From positions 13,168,826-13,232,825 of the forward strand of contig JASCQW010000146.1 of the NCBI GenBank assembly GCA_030264375.1: 64,000 bases of DNA, in the 5' to 3' direction. The notes under the pieces were generated by a model, which was given only the letters and a program-made list of their open reading frames with translations, was not told where the DNA came from and ran no database searches. A program made the position numbers and the translations under genes. The stretch comes from Carcharhinus longimanus (taxonomy: Eukaryota). Positions 23,701-34,182 of this stretch are shown here, piece by piece; the stretch's first letter is position 1, and every line of letters starts with the position of its first letter.

Positions 23701-26244
23701 GTTCTATGGTTTACTGCAGTCTTAAAATAAGGCCATGTACTATTTAAACATACACACAAAGATATCGCATTATCTCTTGACCAGATGCAGTTGTAGAATG
23801 CCTTACTAGCTATCACAGAATCCCTACAATGCGGAATAAGATGATTCAACCCATCAAGTCTGCACCAACTCTCCGACAGAGCATCTTATACAAGCCCAGC
23901 CACACCCTATGCCTATAACTCTACGCATTTAACATGCTAATCCCTCTAACCTACACATCTTGGGACACTAAGGGGCAAGTTAGCATGGCTAATTCACCTA
24001 ACCTGCACATCTTTGGATTGTGGGAGGAAACTGGAGTGCCCGGAGGAAACCTCTGTGGAAATGGGGAGAACGTGCAAGCTCCACACCGACAGTGACCTGA
24101 GGCTGGAATCCCAGATCCCTGGTGCTATGAGGCAACAGTGCTAATCACTGTGCCAATGTACTGCCGCTTATTAAAATCTCTACAGTGCAGAAGAGGCCAT
24201 GCGGCCCATCGAGTCTGCACTAACTCTCTGAACAAATATCTTATTCAGGCCTTCTCCCCCATCCTATCCCTGTAACCCCACACATTTATCATTCATCTTA
24301 CCTACACATCTTGGGACACTAAGGAGCAATTTATCATGGCCAATCCACCTAACCTGCACATTTTTGGACTGTGGGAGGAAAATGAAGCATCTGGAAGAAA
24401 CCCACGTAGACACAGGGAGAACATACAAACTCCACACAGTCACCCAAGGCCAGAATTGAGCCTCCTGGAGCTGTGAGGCAACACTGCAAGCCACTGTACC
24501 AAAGACACAGTCATTTATGGCATAGAAGAAGGCCATTCCATCCATCAAGTCTATGATTGCTCTCTGTGGAGAAATCCAGTCAATCCCATTCCTTCACTCT
24601 GTCCCTGTATCTCTGCAAGTTTATTTCCTTCAAGATCCCATCCATTTTCCATTTGAAAACATTGATTGTTCTTGCTCCCACCACCCTCGTGGGCAACTAG
24701 CTCCAATTCATTAGCATTTGCTTCAAAACTAAAATTCATTGTAACATTCCCTGGCATTTGTTGCCCTTAAAACATTCTGCACAGTTATTATTCCACCTCT
24801 TTGACTTTCAGATATTTCTCCTTCTAGTACCATTTGCTAACTTTTGAGGTTATCTACCTCAGGGTGCACTGAGGTGATTCCTCAGTGTTATTCCACTGAG
24901 GAACAACAGCCTGCAAATACTCCCTCCCATCAGGGGAAAAGCCTCATCTTTCCATTATGACTTTTCTGAAATAAAACATTCAGATAATCAAACATCCCGT
25001 CATTCTATAGCGAAATGTGTTAACATGCTTGCCTTCTCAATTAATGGAACATGTAACTGCTTAAGGATCAATGCACTTTAGATATTCCTTTTTTTTTAAA
25101 AAAAGAATTGTGTTTTTATAGATATTTATTACAATGAAAATCCACTATCCCAGCTAAACTGTCTCCACATTGCCTGAATGGGCTGGATGTGACATTAAGC
25201 CAAGCAAGTCAATACATGACACTATCAGGAGCTGTAAGCTGACCTGTCAAAATGCCAATACCTATAATCACAATATGGGTCTTTCTCAGATTAAAAACAT
25301 TCTCATTATCTGGACAATTGTTGGTTACTGTGTTGAAAGCTATTACACTAACAACACTGAGTTATGTATGATTATTCCTTCTGGCCCAATTATAACTTGA
25401 TAAATCTTCAAAGGCCACATGAATATTTAGCCATGACAAAGTAAGGCATTGGCTGTTCAGGTCAACATACTAAACAATTGATATTGTGTTTTTATAGATA
25501 GTTAATGCAATGAAAGTTAAGGAATCTATCCACTAATCCAGCTAAACAGTCTCCACATTGCCTGAGTGGGCTGGATGTGACAATAAGCCAAGCAAGTCAA
25601 TATACGACACTATCAGGAGCCGTAAGCTGACCTGTCAAAATACCAACACCTACAATCACAATAGGGGTCTTTCTCAGGTTAAAAACATTCTCATTATCTG
25701 GACAATTGTTGGTTACTGTGTTGAAAACTAAGTTGAAAATACTAACAACGCTAAGTTATGTATAATTATTCCTTCAACCTCCTGGCCCAATTATAATTTG
25801 ATAAATCTTCAAAGGCCACATGAATATTTAGCCAAAACAAGGTAAGGCATTGGCTGTTCAGGTTAATGTTCTAAACAATTGATATTTTGTACAACTCTAC
25901 CCGCTTTTACAGGAAAGTGTTTGACGGATTGAAGAATAGGTGCTGGCCGTTTATTTCGAGCTTCTTGTAATGTTAAAAACAAACTGTAAAAATCCCAGAG
26001 AGGCCCGGCTTCCCTTCACAATGCAGTGAATGGTCAGCCTGAGGGGCTCCCCGCTTCCCCGCCCCGCAATCCCAGCTCGATCCGGCCCAATTTAACCCAC
26101 ACACCGCTTCACCCGCCTCTGGTGGGGCTGTAAAGTTAGACACAGTCAGTGCCTTTCTGTACAGAGGGAGAGAGAGCCGCCGCCGCCGCTGCTGCCTTTC
26201 CTCACTCACTCACCCACATACAACACCCGCTTGGTCGTCGCCAT
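8660..26244 (-). CDS. PPIE: Peptidyl-prolyl cis-trans isomerase E (cyclophilin E/Cyp33; RRM + cyclophilin domain), complete gene, 10 coding exons, 302 aa
   Basis: Exons 26214-26244, 21693-21791, 21275-21318, 20396-20422, 19802-19883, 16083-16186, 15076-15199, 13376-13561, 10615-10757, 8660-8728. All GT-AG and phase-compatible, total 909 nt. Translation [31 protein letters not shown]...[15 protein letters not shown]...[11 protein letters not shown]. Confidence 0.98.
9113..9430 (-). mobile_element. HE1-like tRNA-derived V-SINE, full length
   Basis: A box TGGCACAGTGG, B box GGTTCAATTCC, V domain, CR1-type tail. Confidence 0.85.
9900..10430 (-). mobile_element. CR1 LINE 3' fragment
   Basis: [30 protein letters not shown]; NLWNSL motifs. 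Confidence 0.85.
10615..10757 (-). CDS. PPIE: PPIE exon 9 ([48 protein letters not shown])
   Basis: NGSQFFI / [10 protein letters not shown] motifs; 143 nt. Confidence 0.97.
11005..11338 (-). mobile_element. tRNA-derived SINE family 2 (tail shared with CR1-group LINE)
   Basis: B box GGTTCGAATCC; ctggttcactaatgtcctttagggaaggaaatctg core; gggatgggcaataaatgctgg tail. Confidence 0.8.
11470..11828 (+). mobile_element. CR1 LINE 3' fragment
   Basis: [30 protein letters not shown]. Confidence 0.8.
11947..12517. mobile_element. SINE family 2 (+, 11947-12203) abutting HE1-like V-SINE (-, 12204-12517)
   Basis: TGGCGTAGTGG A box and GATTCAAATCC B box, then a reverse V-SINE. Confidence 0.8.
13376..13561 (-). 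CDS. PPIE: PPIE exon 8 ([34 protein letters not shown]...KHLAP)
   Basis: Cyclophilin signature; 186 nt. Confidence 0.97.
13630..14105 (-). mobile_element. CR1 LINE 3' fragment
   Basis: ggagcaagagtaggccattcggcccc reverse tail and decayed ORF2 end. Confidence 0.75.
14362..14735 (+). mobile_element. SINE family 2, full length
   Basis: Degenerate tRNA head, core, and LINE-type tail. Confidence 0.75.
15076..15199 (-). CDS. PPIE: PPIE exon 7 ([41 protein letters not shown])
   Basis: Start of cyclophilin domain; 124 nt. Confidence 0.96.
15578..15920 (+). mobile_element. CR1-group LINE 3' fragment (same family as 30055-33460)
   Basis: CKFPTKPLT... text; gggcaattagggatgggcaacaaatg tail. Confidence 0.8.
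16083..16186 (-). CDS. PPIE: PPIE exon 6 ([35 protein letters not shown])
   Basis: [10 protein letters not shown] motif; canonical splice sites; 104 nt. Confidence 0.96.
16920..17410 (-). mobile_element. CR1 LINE 3' fragment with a short nested inverted-repeat element (~17215-17282)
   Basis: SRTRGH / [14 protein letters not shown] motifs interrupted by ggatgggattttacggt...accgtaaattcccttcc. Confidence 0.75.
18520..19640 (-). mobile_element. CR1 LINE, RT C-terminal part and 3' end, decayed
   Basis: [33 protein letters not shown]. Confidence 0.9.
19802..19883 (-). CDS. PPIE: PPIE exon 5 ([27 protein letters not shown])
   Basis: End of RRM; canonical splice sites; 82 nt. Confidence 0.96.
19945..20197 (-). 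mobile_element. V-SINE, tail variant B
   Basis: tRNA head plus tail B. Confidence 0.8.
20396..20422 (-). CDS. PPIE: PPIE exon 4 (DAAAAIDNM), 27-nt micro-exon
   Basis: cttctcttccag| ... |gtaagt. Confidence 0.95.
21275..21318 (-). CDS. PPIE: PPIE exon 3 ([15 protein letters not shown]; RNP1)
   Basis: RNP1 RGFAFIEF; cag| ... |gtgagt; 44 nt. Confidence 0.96.
21693..21791 (-). CDS. PPIE: PPIE exon 2 ([32 protein letters not shown])
   Basis: RRM sequence; tag|GT ... AG|gtac; 99 nt. Confidence 0.96.
22168..22487 (-). mobile_element. HE1-like V-SINE
   Basis: Head, V domain and CR1-type tail. Confidence 0.85.
23812..24500 (-). mobile_element. Two tandem HE1-like V-SINEs (23812-24167, 24175-24500)
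   Basis: Two V domains and two tails. Confidence 0.8.
25107..25883. repeat. Diverged tandem duplication (25107-25482, 25483-25883) in PPIE intron 1
   Basis: Two colinear ~380-400 bp copies with substitutions and indels. Confidence 0.9.
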
Positions 26245-26350
26245 CTTGCCTTGAACTTTCCCCCCTTCACCTCCCACCTTTGACCCCGAGGGGCTGTTCC
26301 AGCTCCTTCAGTGCTTTGGCCTCCCTGGTTGACTGAACCAGCTCACTCTC
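26040..26350 (-). promoter_or_regulatory. CpG/GC-rich promoter and first-exon region of PPIE with a YY1-type motif over the ATG
   Basis: Local GC/CpG enrichment, GC boxes (ccccgccccg), CAAGATGGCG at the start codon. Confidence 0.6.
26214..26244 (-). CDS. PPIE: PPIE exon 1 ([11 protein letters not shown])
   Basis: aagATGGCG start; donor G|GTGAGT. Confidence 0.96.
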
Positions 26351-26446
26351 TCTTAAAAAAAATACTCGATACCAACTTGAAAATAACTTGTTATTTTTTA
26401 AAAAAATCATTTTGTTTTGTTCTTTCAAGTGAATTAAGACAAATTG

Positions 26447-26745
26447 GGGGGTGGCACACTGGTACATCTGCCCTACAGCACCAGGGACCCAGGTTCGATT
26501 CCGCACCTTGGGTCACTGTCTGTGTGCAGTCTGCATGCTCTCCCCGTGTCTGCGTGGGCTTCCTCCAGGTGCTCCGGTTTCCACCAAAGGTGTGCGGGTT
26601 AGGTGGACTGGTCGTGTTAAATTGCTCCTTAGTGCTGGGGGGACTAGCTGGGGTTATAGAGATAGGGCCTGGATGGGATTGTGGTCGATACAGTCTCAAT
26701 AGGCCGAATGGCCTCCTTCTGTACCGTAGGGATTTGATTCTATGA
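26447..26745 (+). mobile_element. HE1-like V-SINE upstream of PPIE
   Basis: B box GGTTCGATTCC, V domain, tail. Confidence 0.85.
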
Positions 26746-27039
26746 AGAGTACAAATTATCATAGATTTTCAGCAAAAATATAGAAGATATGATTGTTGAT
26801 GTCATCGCATCAATGGACTCGATTTTTAAATTGTTTTAAAAATTAAAAGCTTAGGGCTATCAGGGAACCATATAATCTTTACAGTGCAGAAAGAGGCCAT
26901 CCGGCCCATTTCCTCTAACCATGTGAGGGAAACAGCAGACCCCCCCCCCACCAAATTGGTAGAAAAACAGTGTTCTGTGAACTTCAACACCCCACCATCA
27001 CTTCTATTATATATTTATAGATCTTTCACAAGCATATTT

Positions 27040-29592
27040 ACAGATGAAAGTAGCCACTGAATCTCAACCATTGCTCACCATTGTTATTCATAAAGGTCTT
27101 TTTCATGCTAAGAAATTGCCTTTTGGAATAAAATCTGCACTAGCCCAATTCCAAAGATCAATGGATCAGATTTTCAGTGGTCTCTCTGGTGCACAATGTT
27201 ACCAACGTGATATTCTAATTACAGGGTTCAGTGAACAGGAGAACTTGAATAATTTAGAAGAAACATTGGAATGTCTTCAAGCACATGGCCTGCATAAAAA
27301 GAAAGAAACGTGTGACTTTCTTGAGACATCAGTCCAGTTTCTGGGTCTTGTTATAGATAGCAAAAACCTACATAAAGCACCTAAAAAGATGAAAACTATT
27401 TTAAAAGAACCATGTCCAACAAATGCAACACAATTGAAATCCTTTCTAGGATTAGTAAATTATCATGGCAAACTTGTTCTTAATTGTTTTAGTTTATTGT
27501 GCATGAAACAGTCATGGGACTGAACAACAGATTGTGAGAAGCATACAACGATGTCAGAAATGCTTCACAGAAGTCTCAAGCATTGGTTCATTTTAATCCT
27601 AAGCTATCATTGCTGCCTGCTTGCAACGCTTCACCTTATGGAGTTGGGGCAGTAGTTTCACATACTATGCCTTCAGGAGAAGAATGACTAATAGTTTTTG
27701 CTTCACATACTCTGGCTATGCTCATTAGGAAAAGAAGCACTGAATATAATTTTGGGGGCAAACAAAGGTTTCATTATTATTTATACAGTCGTCATTTCAC
27801 AATATTGACTGATCATTGACCCTTAACTATTTGTGGGCGGTACAAAGGCATACCTTTGTTAGCTGCTAGTTGATTGCAAAGATGGTCACTGATCTTACCT
27901 GTGCCGTCTTACAATATAAACTACCAGTCAGAGCAGTATGCTAACACTGATGCGTTATCACACTTAGCTTTACCTATTGAGCAGATGTCACCATTTAGTT
28001 TTGCTAATAGTATTCTTTTTTGCTAGTAGATTATATCCTATGATAGCTTCTCAAGTTCAAAAATATACCAAAATGATCCTATGATTTGGAAGGTAATGGA
28101 TTCGTTATTGAAAGGAATAGCTGGAATGCGTCATACGTCTCCTGATTTGAAACCATATGAGTCAAGAAAGCTTGAGTTGACCATCCAAGGTGGGCGTCCA
28201 TTAAGGGAATCCCAGTGATCATTCCTCCTCAGCTGCATGAAAGAGTTCTTGAACAACTGTATGAAGGACATCTTGGTGTGGTCCGGATGAAGGAATTAAC
28301 ACAGAGCTGTTTTTGATGGCTGGATCTGGATGCCCAGATTGAAGACAAAGTGGGACCCAGTGTCAATCCTTCGCATGAATGAGAAATACATCACCACTGT
28401 CTCCTTTACACCCTTGGGAGTGGCCTAAAATGCCCTGGAAACAACTGGATGTAGATTTTGCTGGGCTGGTTTGAGGATTACATGCTCTTATTTATAATTG
28501 ATGCAACTCAAAGTGGCCTGAAGTTATCATGAGATCTACTACAACTGAACAAACCATTGAAAAACTTGACAAAATGTTTGCAAGATCTGCTAAAACAGGG
28601 CAGATTTTTAGCGACGATGGTTCAGCTTATTTCACAAGAGTTTGAGGACTATCTCAAAATAAATGGTATTCAAATATGAAATCCACACCTTATCATCTAT
28701 CAATTGATGGATCCGCTGAAAGATTGTACAATCCTTGAAACATTCTATAAAAGCTTCAAAAGAGCAAGTTTCATTATCAGATCATGTGGATAGCTTTTTG
28801 GTATCATGTAGGAATACTTTGAGTCATGTGACAACTCAAAGTTTACCTGTATTACTAGTCTTAGAGAAAGTTACCAACTATGTTTGATTTATTACTTCCA
28901 GAAACTTCAGGAATAGCAGAGCATCAACAATCTAATAATAGATAAGTCCCCTGGGCCGGATGGGATTTACCCTAGGATTCTCTGGGAGGCTAGGGAGGAG
29001 ATTGCAGAGCCTTTGGCTTTGATCTTCATGTNNNNNNNNNNNNNNNNNNNNNNNNNNNNNNNNNNNNNNNNNNNNNNNNNNNNNNNNNNNNNNNNNNNNN
29101 NNNNNNNNNNNNNNNNNNNNNNNNNNNNAGAATCATCTCCAGATATCAAATGCTTGAGTCCCTAGTGTTGTGAACACTAATATGGAAAACTTGGTTTAGT
29201 CTGAATTGCCTGATGATTGTGTCTTAGTTACTATACCATGTGAGAATGATGCAGCATTAGTTCCAAAAGAATTGTCTACTGCAGTTCTTAATCATATTCT
29301 AAGGTCAAGGACAGCAAAATTCCAGAACATTATACACAACCAGAGGAAAAGATGTCCTCCTGATCAACTTTCTTATTGACTGTATGATTAATGATGCAAA
29401 GTATTGTGTCTAGAGTATTATTCATCCCACACAACATCACATAATTTGTTTTCATGACAACTGAAGGGGAAGGGATGTTAAATATTTAAGCAGTTGCATG
29501 ATGGCTCCAAGAGCTGGTCACACAATTTGCATGTGGTGTCATTAGGAAGTAGCACAGGCTGCTATTTAGAATAAACCTGTTGTGTGTTACTA
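27040..29592 (+). mobile_element. Decayed Ty3/Gypsy LTR retrotransposon: RT, RNase H, integrase, PPT and start of 3' LTR
   Basis: LPFGIKSALAQFQRSMD, LKSFLGLVNYHGK, CNASPYGVGAV, HPWEWP, VDFAG fragments with stops and frameshifts. PPT gaaggggaaggga 29463-29475 followed by TGTTA. CR1 fragment and gap at 28938-29128. Confidence 0.88.
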
Positions 29593-29870
29593 AAGTTTAT
29601 TTATTAGTCACAAGTAAGGCTTACATTAATACTACAACGAAGTTACTGTAAATTCCCGTAGTCACCACAATCCGGCACCTGTTCAGGTCAATATACCTAA
29701 CCTGCATGTCTTTCAGAATGTAGAAGGAAACCAGAACACCCAGAGGAAACTCACGGAGACACAGGGAGAACGTGCAAACTCCAGACAGACAGTGACCCAA
29801 GCTGGGAATCAAATCTGGGTCCCTGGCGCTGTGAAGCCACAGTGCTAAGCACTGTGTTACTGTGCCATCC
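29592..29870 (-). mobile_element. V-SINE, tail variant B, truncating the Gypsy LTR
   Basis: Head, V domain, tail B. Confidence 0.8.
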
Positions 29871-30054
29871 CACTTTGAATCTATGTGTGCAAACCCACAA
29901 CCCCCACAGTTAGGATATTACAACTTCACAGCCATGAAACGTTTTATACACTTTTAATTAGTTTCTTTTCTCAGTTCGGAGGAAATAGACCTAGGGAAAG
30001 CAGAGCAACAGAATACTTCTACAATAGCAGTACACCGGTGCAGTTTTGTGTGGG

Positions 30055-33000
30055 TGGTGATGGCCTTGTGATATTGTCACGAGACTATTTATCCAGATAT
30101 TCAGATATGGCAGCTAGTAGAATTTGAATTCAATAAAAAATATCTGGAATTAAGTATTTAGTGATGCCCTTCATCAGTAGATACCATCGTCGATTGTCGA
30201 AAAAATCCATCTGGNNNNNNNNNNNNNNNNNNNNNNNNNNNNNNNNNNNNNNNNNNNNNNNNNNNNNNNNNNNNNNNNNNNNNNNNNNNNNNNNNNNNNN
30301 NNNNNNNNNNNNNNNNCACTCAGTTGCTACAAAATCAATTAAAAGTAATGAAACCAGATGGTTTCATGTCATGTTCACAGTGCATGTCGGGCACTGGAAA
30401 AAACATCAAAAAACCCCAGCCCTGTTGACCCTATAAGTCCTCCTCACTAATATCTGGGGGCTTGTGCCAGAATTGGGTGAGTTGCCTCAGGCTAGTCAAG
30501 CAACAGCCTGACAGTCATTCTCACTGAATCATACCTTATAGATAACATCCCAGAGACCACGATTACCATCTCTGGATATGTCCTGGATATATCTCTAGAT
30601 ATATCATCAGGCAGGTGATATCTTCCTATTGGGGAACACTTCAGTGGTCATGGACATTCAGCCTCTGATCTTTGGATAAGCATTAAGGCGGCCTTCACGT
30701 CACACGACAACGCAGAATTGCTGAGCAGAAACTGATAGCCAAGTTCCGCACACGGGGACAGCCTCAATCGGGATGTTGGGTTCATGTCACACTATCCGTA
30801 ATCCCACGACTTGCCTGGGCTTGCAAAATCTCACTAACTGTCCTGGTTGGAGACAATACACATCTCTAACCTGTGCTTGGCCCTCTCTCCACTCATACTG
30901 TCTGTACCTTTAAAACTTGATTACCTGTAAAGACTCACGTTCCAATCATTATCTTTTAAATTGAGTTTGTGTTTGTATATGACCTGTTTGTGAGCACAAG
31001 TCCTCATTCATCTGATGAAGGAGCCGAAAGCTAGTGCCAAATAAACCTTTTGGACTTTAACCTGATGTTGTGAGACTTCTTACTGTGCTTACCCTAGTCC
31101 AATGCCGGCATCTCCACCCAGCAGAGCTGGCAGCACAGTGGTATATAGTAAGAAGGGAATTGCCCTGGGAGTCCTTAACATGGACTCCGACCCCATGAAC
31201 TGTAATGGCTTCAAGTTAAACATGGGCAGAGAAACCTCTTACTGGTTACCACTTACCATCCTCCTTCGGCTGATGAATCAGTACTTCTCCATGTTGAACA
31301 ACATTTGGAGGAAACACTGAGGGTGCAGGGGTGGGAGGTGGGGGGGTGGTAGTGGTGGTGGTGGGGGCAGCAGGGAAATAGATGGGGGATTTCAATGTCC
31401 ACCACCAAGAGTGGCTCAGCTGGTTAAGGTCCTAAAGGATATAACTGCTGGGCTAGGTTTGTAGCAGGTGGTGACAGAACCAAGTGGGAAAAACATACTT
31501 GATCTCCTCCTTACTAATCTGGGGGCTGCAGATTCATCTGTCCACGATAGTATTGTTAAGATGGACTACTGCACAATCCTTGTGGAGATGAAGTCCCACC
31601 TTCTTATTGAGAATAATCTCCATCATGTTTGGCACTATCACCATTCCAACTGGGAAAGACTTTGAACAGATATAGCAACTCAAGATGTACCAGGAGCAGC
31701 ACCAGACATACCTAAAAATAAGCTGCAAACCTGGTGAAGCTACCAAACAGGACTATTTGCATGCCAAACAACAAGAGCGGCAAGTGATAGACAGAGCTAA
31801 GTGATCCCACAATCAATGGATCAAACACTGCAGTCCTGCCAGATCCAGTTGTAAATGGTGGAGGACAATTGGAGGAGGGTCCACAAACATCCCCACCCTC
31901 AGTGATGGAGGAGCCCTGTACATCGGTGCAAAAGACAAGGCTGAAACATTCACAGCATCAGCCAGAAGTGCCAAGTGGATGATCCATCTCTGCTTCCTCC
32001 AGTGGTTCTCAACATCACAGACACCAGTGTCCAGCCAATTCAAGAACACTGGCATCTACCTGACAACGTGGAAAACTGCTCAAGAGTGTCCTCTACACAA
32101 AAAGGACAAATCCATCCTAGCCAAATCCCACCCTATTAGTCTACTCTTGATCATCAGTAAAGCGATGGAAGGAGGTCATCAACAGCGCTATCAAGCAACA
32201 CCTGCTCAGCAATAACCTGCTGTGATGTCCAATTTGGGTTTTGCCAGGGTCATTCAGCTCCTGACCTCATTACAGCCTTGGCTCAAACAGGGACTAAAAA
32301 AGCTGAATTCCAGAGCAGAAGAGTGACAGCCCTTGAGATCAAGGCTGCACTTGAATGCATTAAGGAGCTTTAGCAAAACTAGAATCAATGGCTATTAGGG
32401 GGCTAACTCTCCACTGGTTGGAGTCATACTCAGCACACAGGAAGATGGTTGTGGGGGTCAGTCATCTAAGCTCCAGGACATCTCTGCAAGAGTCCCTCAG
32501 GGTAATGTCCTAGGCCCAATCATCTTCAGCTGCTTCATCAATGACCTTCCCTCCTTCATAAGGTCAGAACTGGGGACGTTCGCCAACGATTGCACAATAT
32601 TCAGCACTATTCATGACTCCTCTGATGCTGAAGCAGTGTTCAAATGCAACAAGATCTGGACAATATCCAGGTTTGGGCTGACAAGTGGCAACATTTACAT
32701 CACACAAATGCCAGGCAATGACCATCACCAGTGAGAGACAATCTAACCACTGCTCCTGACATTCATTGGTGTTTCATCATTGAATCCCCCACTGTCAACA
32801 TTCTTGGGGTTATCATTTACCAGAAACTCAACTGGACTTGCCACATAAACACTGTGACTACAAGAACAGGTCAGAGGCCACGAATACTGTGGCGAACAAC
32901 TCTCCTCCTAATTCCCCAAAGCCTGTCCACCATCTACAAGGCACAAGTCAGGATTGTGATGGAATACTCCTCACTTGCCTGGATGGTTGCAGCTCCAAGA

Positions 33001-33460
33001 ACACTCAAGAAGGCTGACAACATCGACGACAAAGCAGCCTGCTCGATTGGCACATCCACAAACATCCGCTCTCTCCACCACTGATGCTCAGTACGCACTG
33101 CTGCTACTAACTACAAGATGCACTGCCGAAACGCTCCAAAGTTCTTTATACAGCACATTCCAAACCCACAACCACTTCCATCTAGAAGGACAAGGGCAAC
33201 GGCAACAGATAAATGGGAACACGACTTGCAAGTTCCCCTCCAAGCCACTCACCACCCTGACTTGGAAATGTATCGCCGTTTCTTTGCAGTTGCTGGTTCA
33301 ACATACTGGAATTCCCTAATGGCATTGTGGATCAATGACAGCATGTCGACAACAGCATTTCAAGGCGGCAGCTCACCACCACCTTCACAAGGGCAAATAG
33401 GGATGGGCAATAAATGCTGTCAAGCCAGTGATGTTCACGTCCCATGAATGAATAAAGGAA
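30055..33460 (+). mobile_element. Near full-length decayed CR1-group LINE (APE endonuclease + RT), preceded by a SINE-family-2 head
   Basis: GDFNVHH, NILDLLLTN, PISLLLIISKAME, VPQGNVLGP, FAND (for FADD), LSTIYKAQVR..MEYSS; tail gggatgggcaataaatgctg...atgaatgaataaa. Confidence 0.85.
30590..31115 (+). mobile_element. Penelope-like element 3' fragment nested in the LINE
   Basis: GIY-YIG C-terminal text (LPIGEHFSGHGHS..RRIAEQKLIAKFRT..LNRDVGFMSHY); CTGATGA..GAAA motif at 31012-31029. Confidence 0.75.
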
Positions 33461-33719
33461 AAGGAGCCTGGCGTTCATGTCTGGAACCTTCTGCTACTTA
33501 GATGGAGAGTAACAGAGAAGCCACAAACATGCTTAGGTACTATCAACATCACAGGACAGCTATGATATTCTTCCCTTGTGTAATGTTATTTTCTCTTTTG
33601 CCTTAGAAGCTCCACTCTCTTAACTTAAAAGTTCAGCTATACTGCTACAACCTAATAAATAAAAAAAAAGCAGAAAAAAAAATCACATTCCCGCCAATAT
33701 AAACGAAGACAACTGACAC

Positions 33720-34182
33720 TTCTTAGTGAAAGAGTTTTTTTATTGTTTTCTCCCTTCCCCAATCAGAAACACACTTTTCCAGATTTAGGCAAACTTGAGT
33801 TTTAAAAATTAAAACACACCTTAATGATAAAACTCAACTGCAAAATAAAATCTAGCTCCATTCTCATAACCTTAACCTTTCTATTTCCTGTTCTTTAAAG
33901 AGAAGGAAAATAAATAAATAAATCTACCCTGGCCACAGATACCCATTTTCAAAACAAAACAAGTTCTAAATGAAAGTGGTGCCCCGTTTGATAATTTTAT
34001 AGTTTGATTTATCAAAATATATTTCTTTTAAATTCTTAAGGTACATTTAAAATGTTTCAGAATCTGGTTATTTGAAATTTTGCAATGTTTTTTGTTTTTT
34101 TTCCTCAAAGCTAAGCACAATCCACGCATCCAGTCTGAATATATCTGAATCAAATTTTGTGGAATCCTTGGTTCTTGGCAAT
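33720..34182 (-). other. PABPC4: PABPC4 non-coding terminal (3' UTR) exon
   Basis: Acceptor tttatttatcctttacag|ATTG. A-rich AAAAAACATTGCAAAA tract like PABPC-family last exons. Three overlapping ATTTA at 33911-33923. AATAAA 33739-33744 with GT-rich downstream element. Confidence 0.75.
33739..33744 (-). terminator. PABPC4 polyadenylation signal AATAAA
   Basis: tttatt on + strand; GTGTCAGTTGTCTTCGTTT about 20 nt downstream on the minus strand. Confidence 0.7.

Noticed and set aside
25190-25260. Hairpin plus ACA in the tandem duplication as an H/ACA snoRNA
   Set aside because: No ANANNA hinge shared by both copies and no convincing first hairpin.
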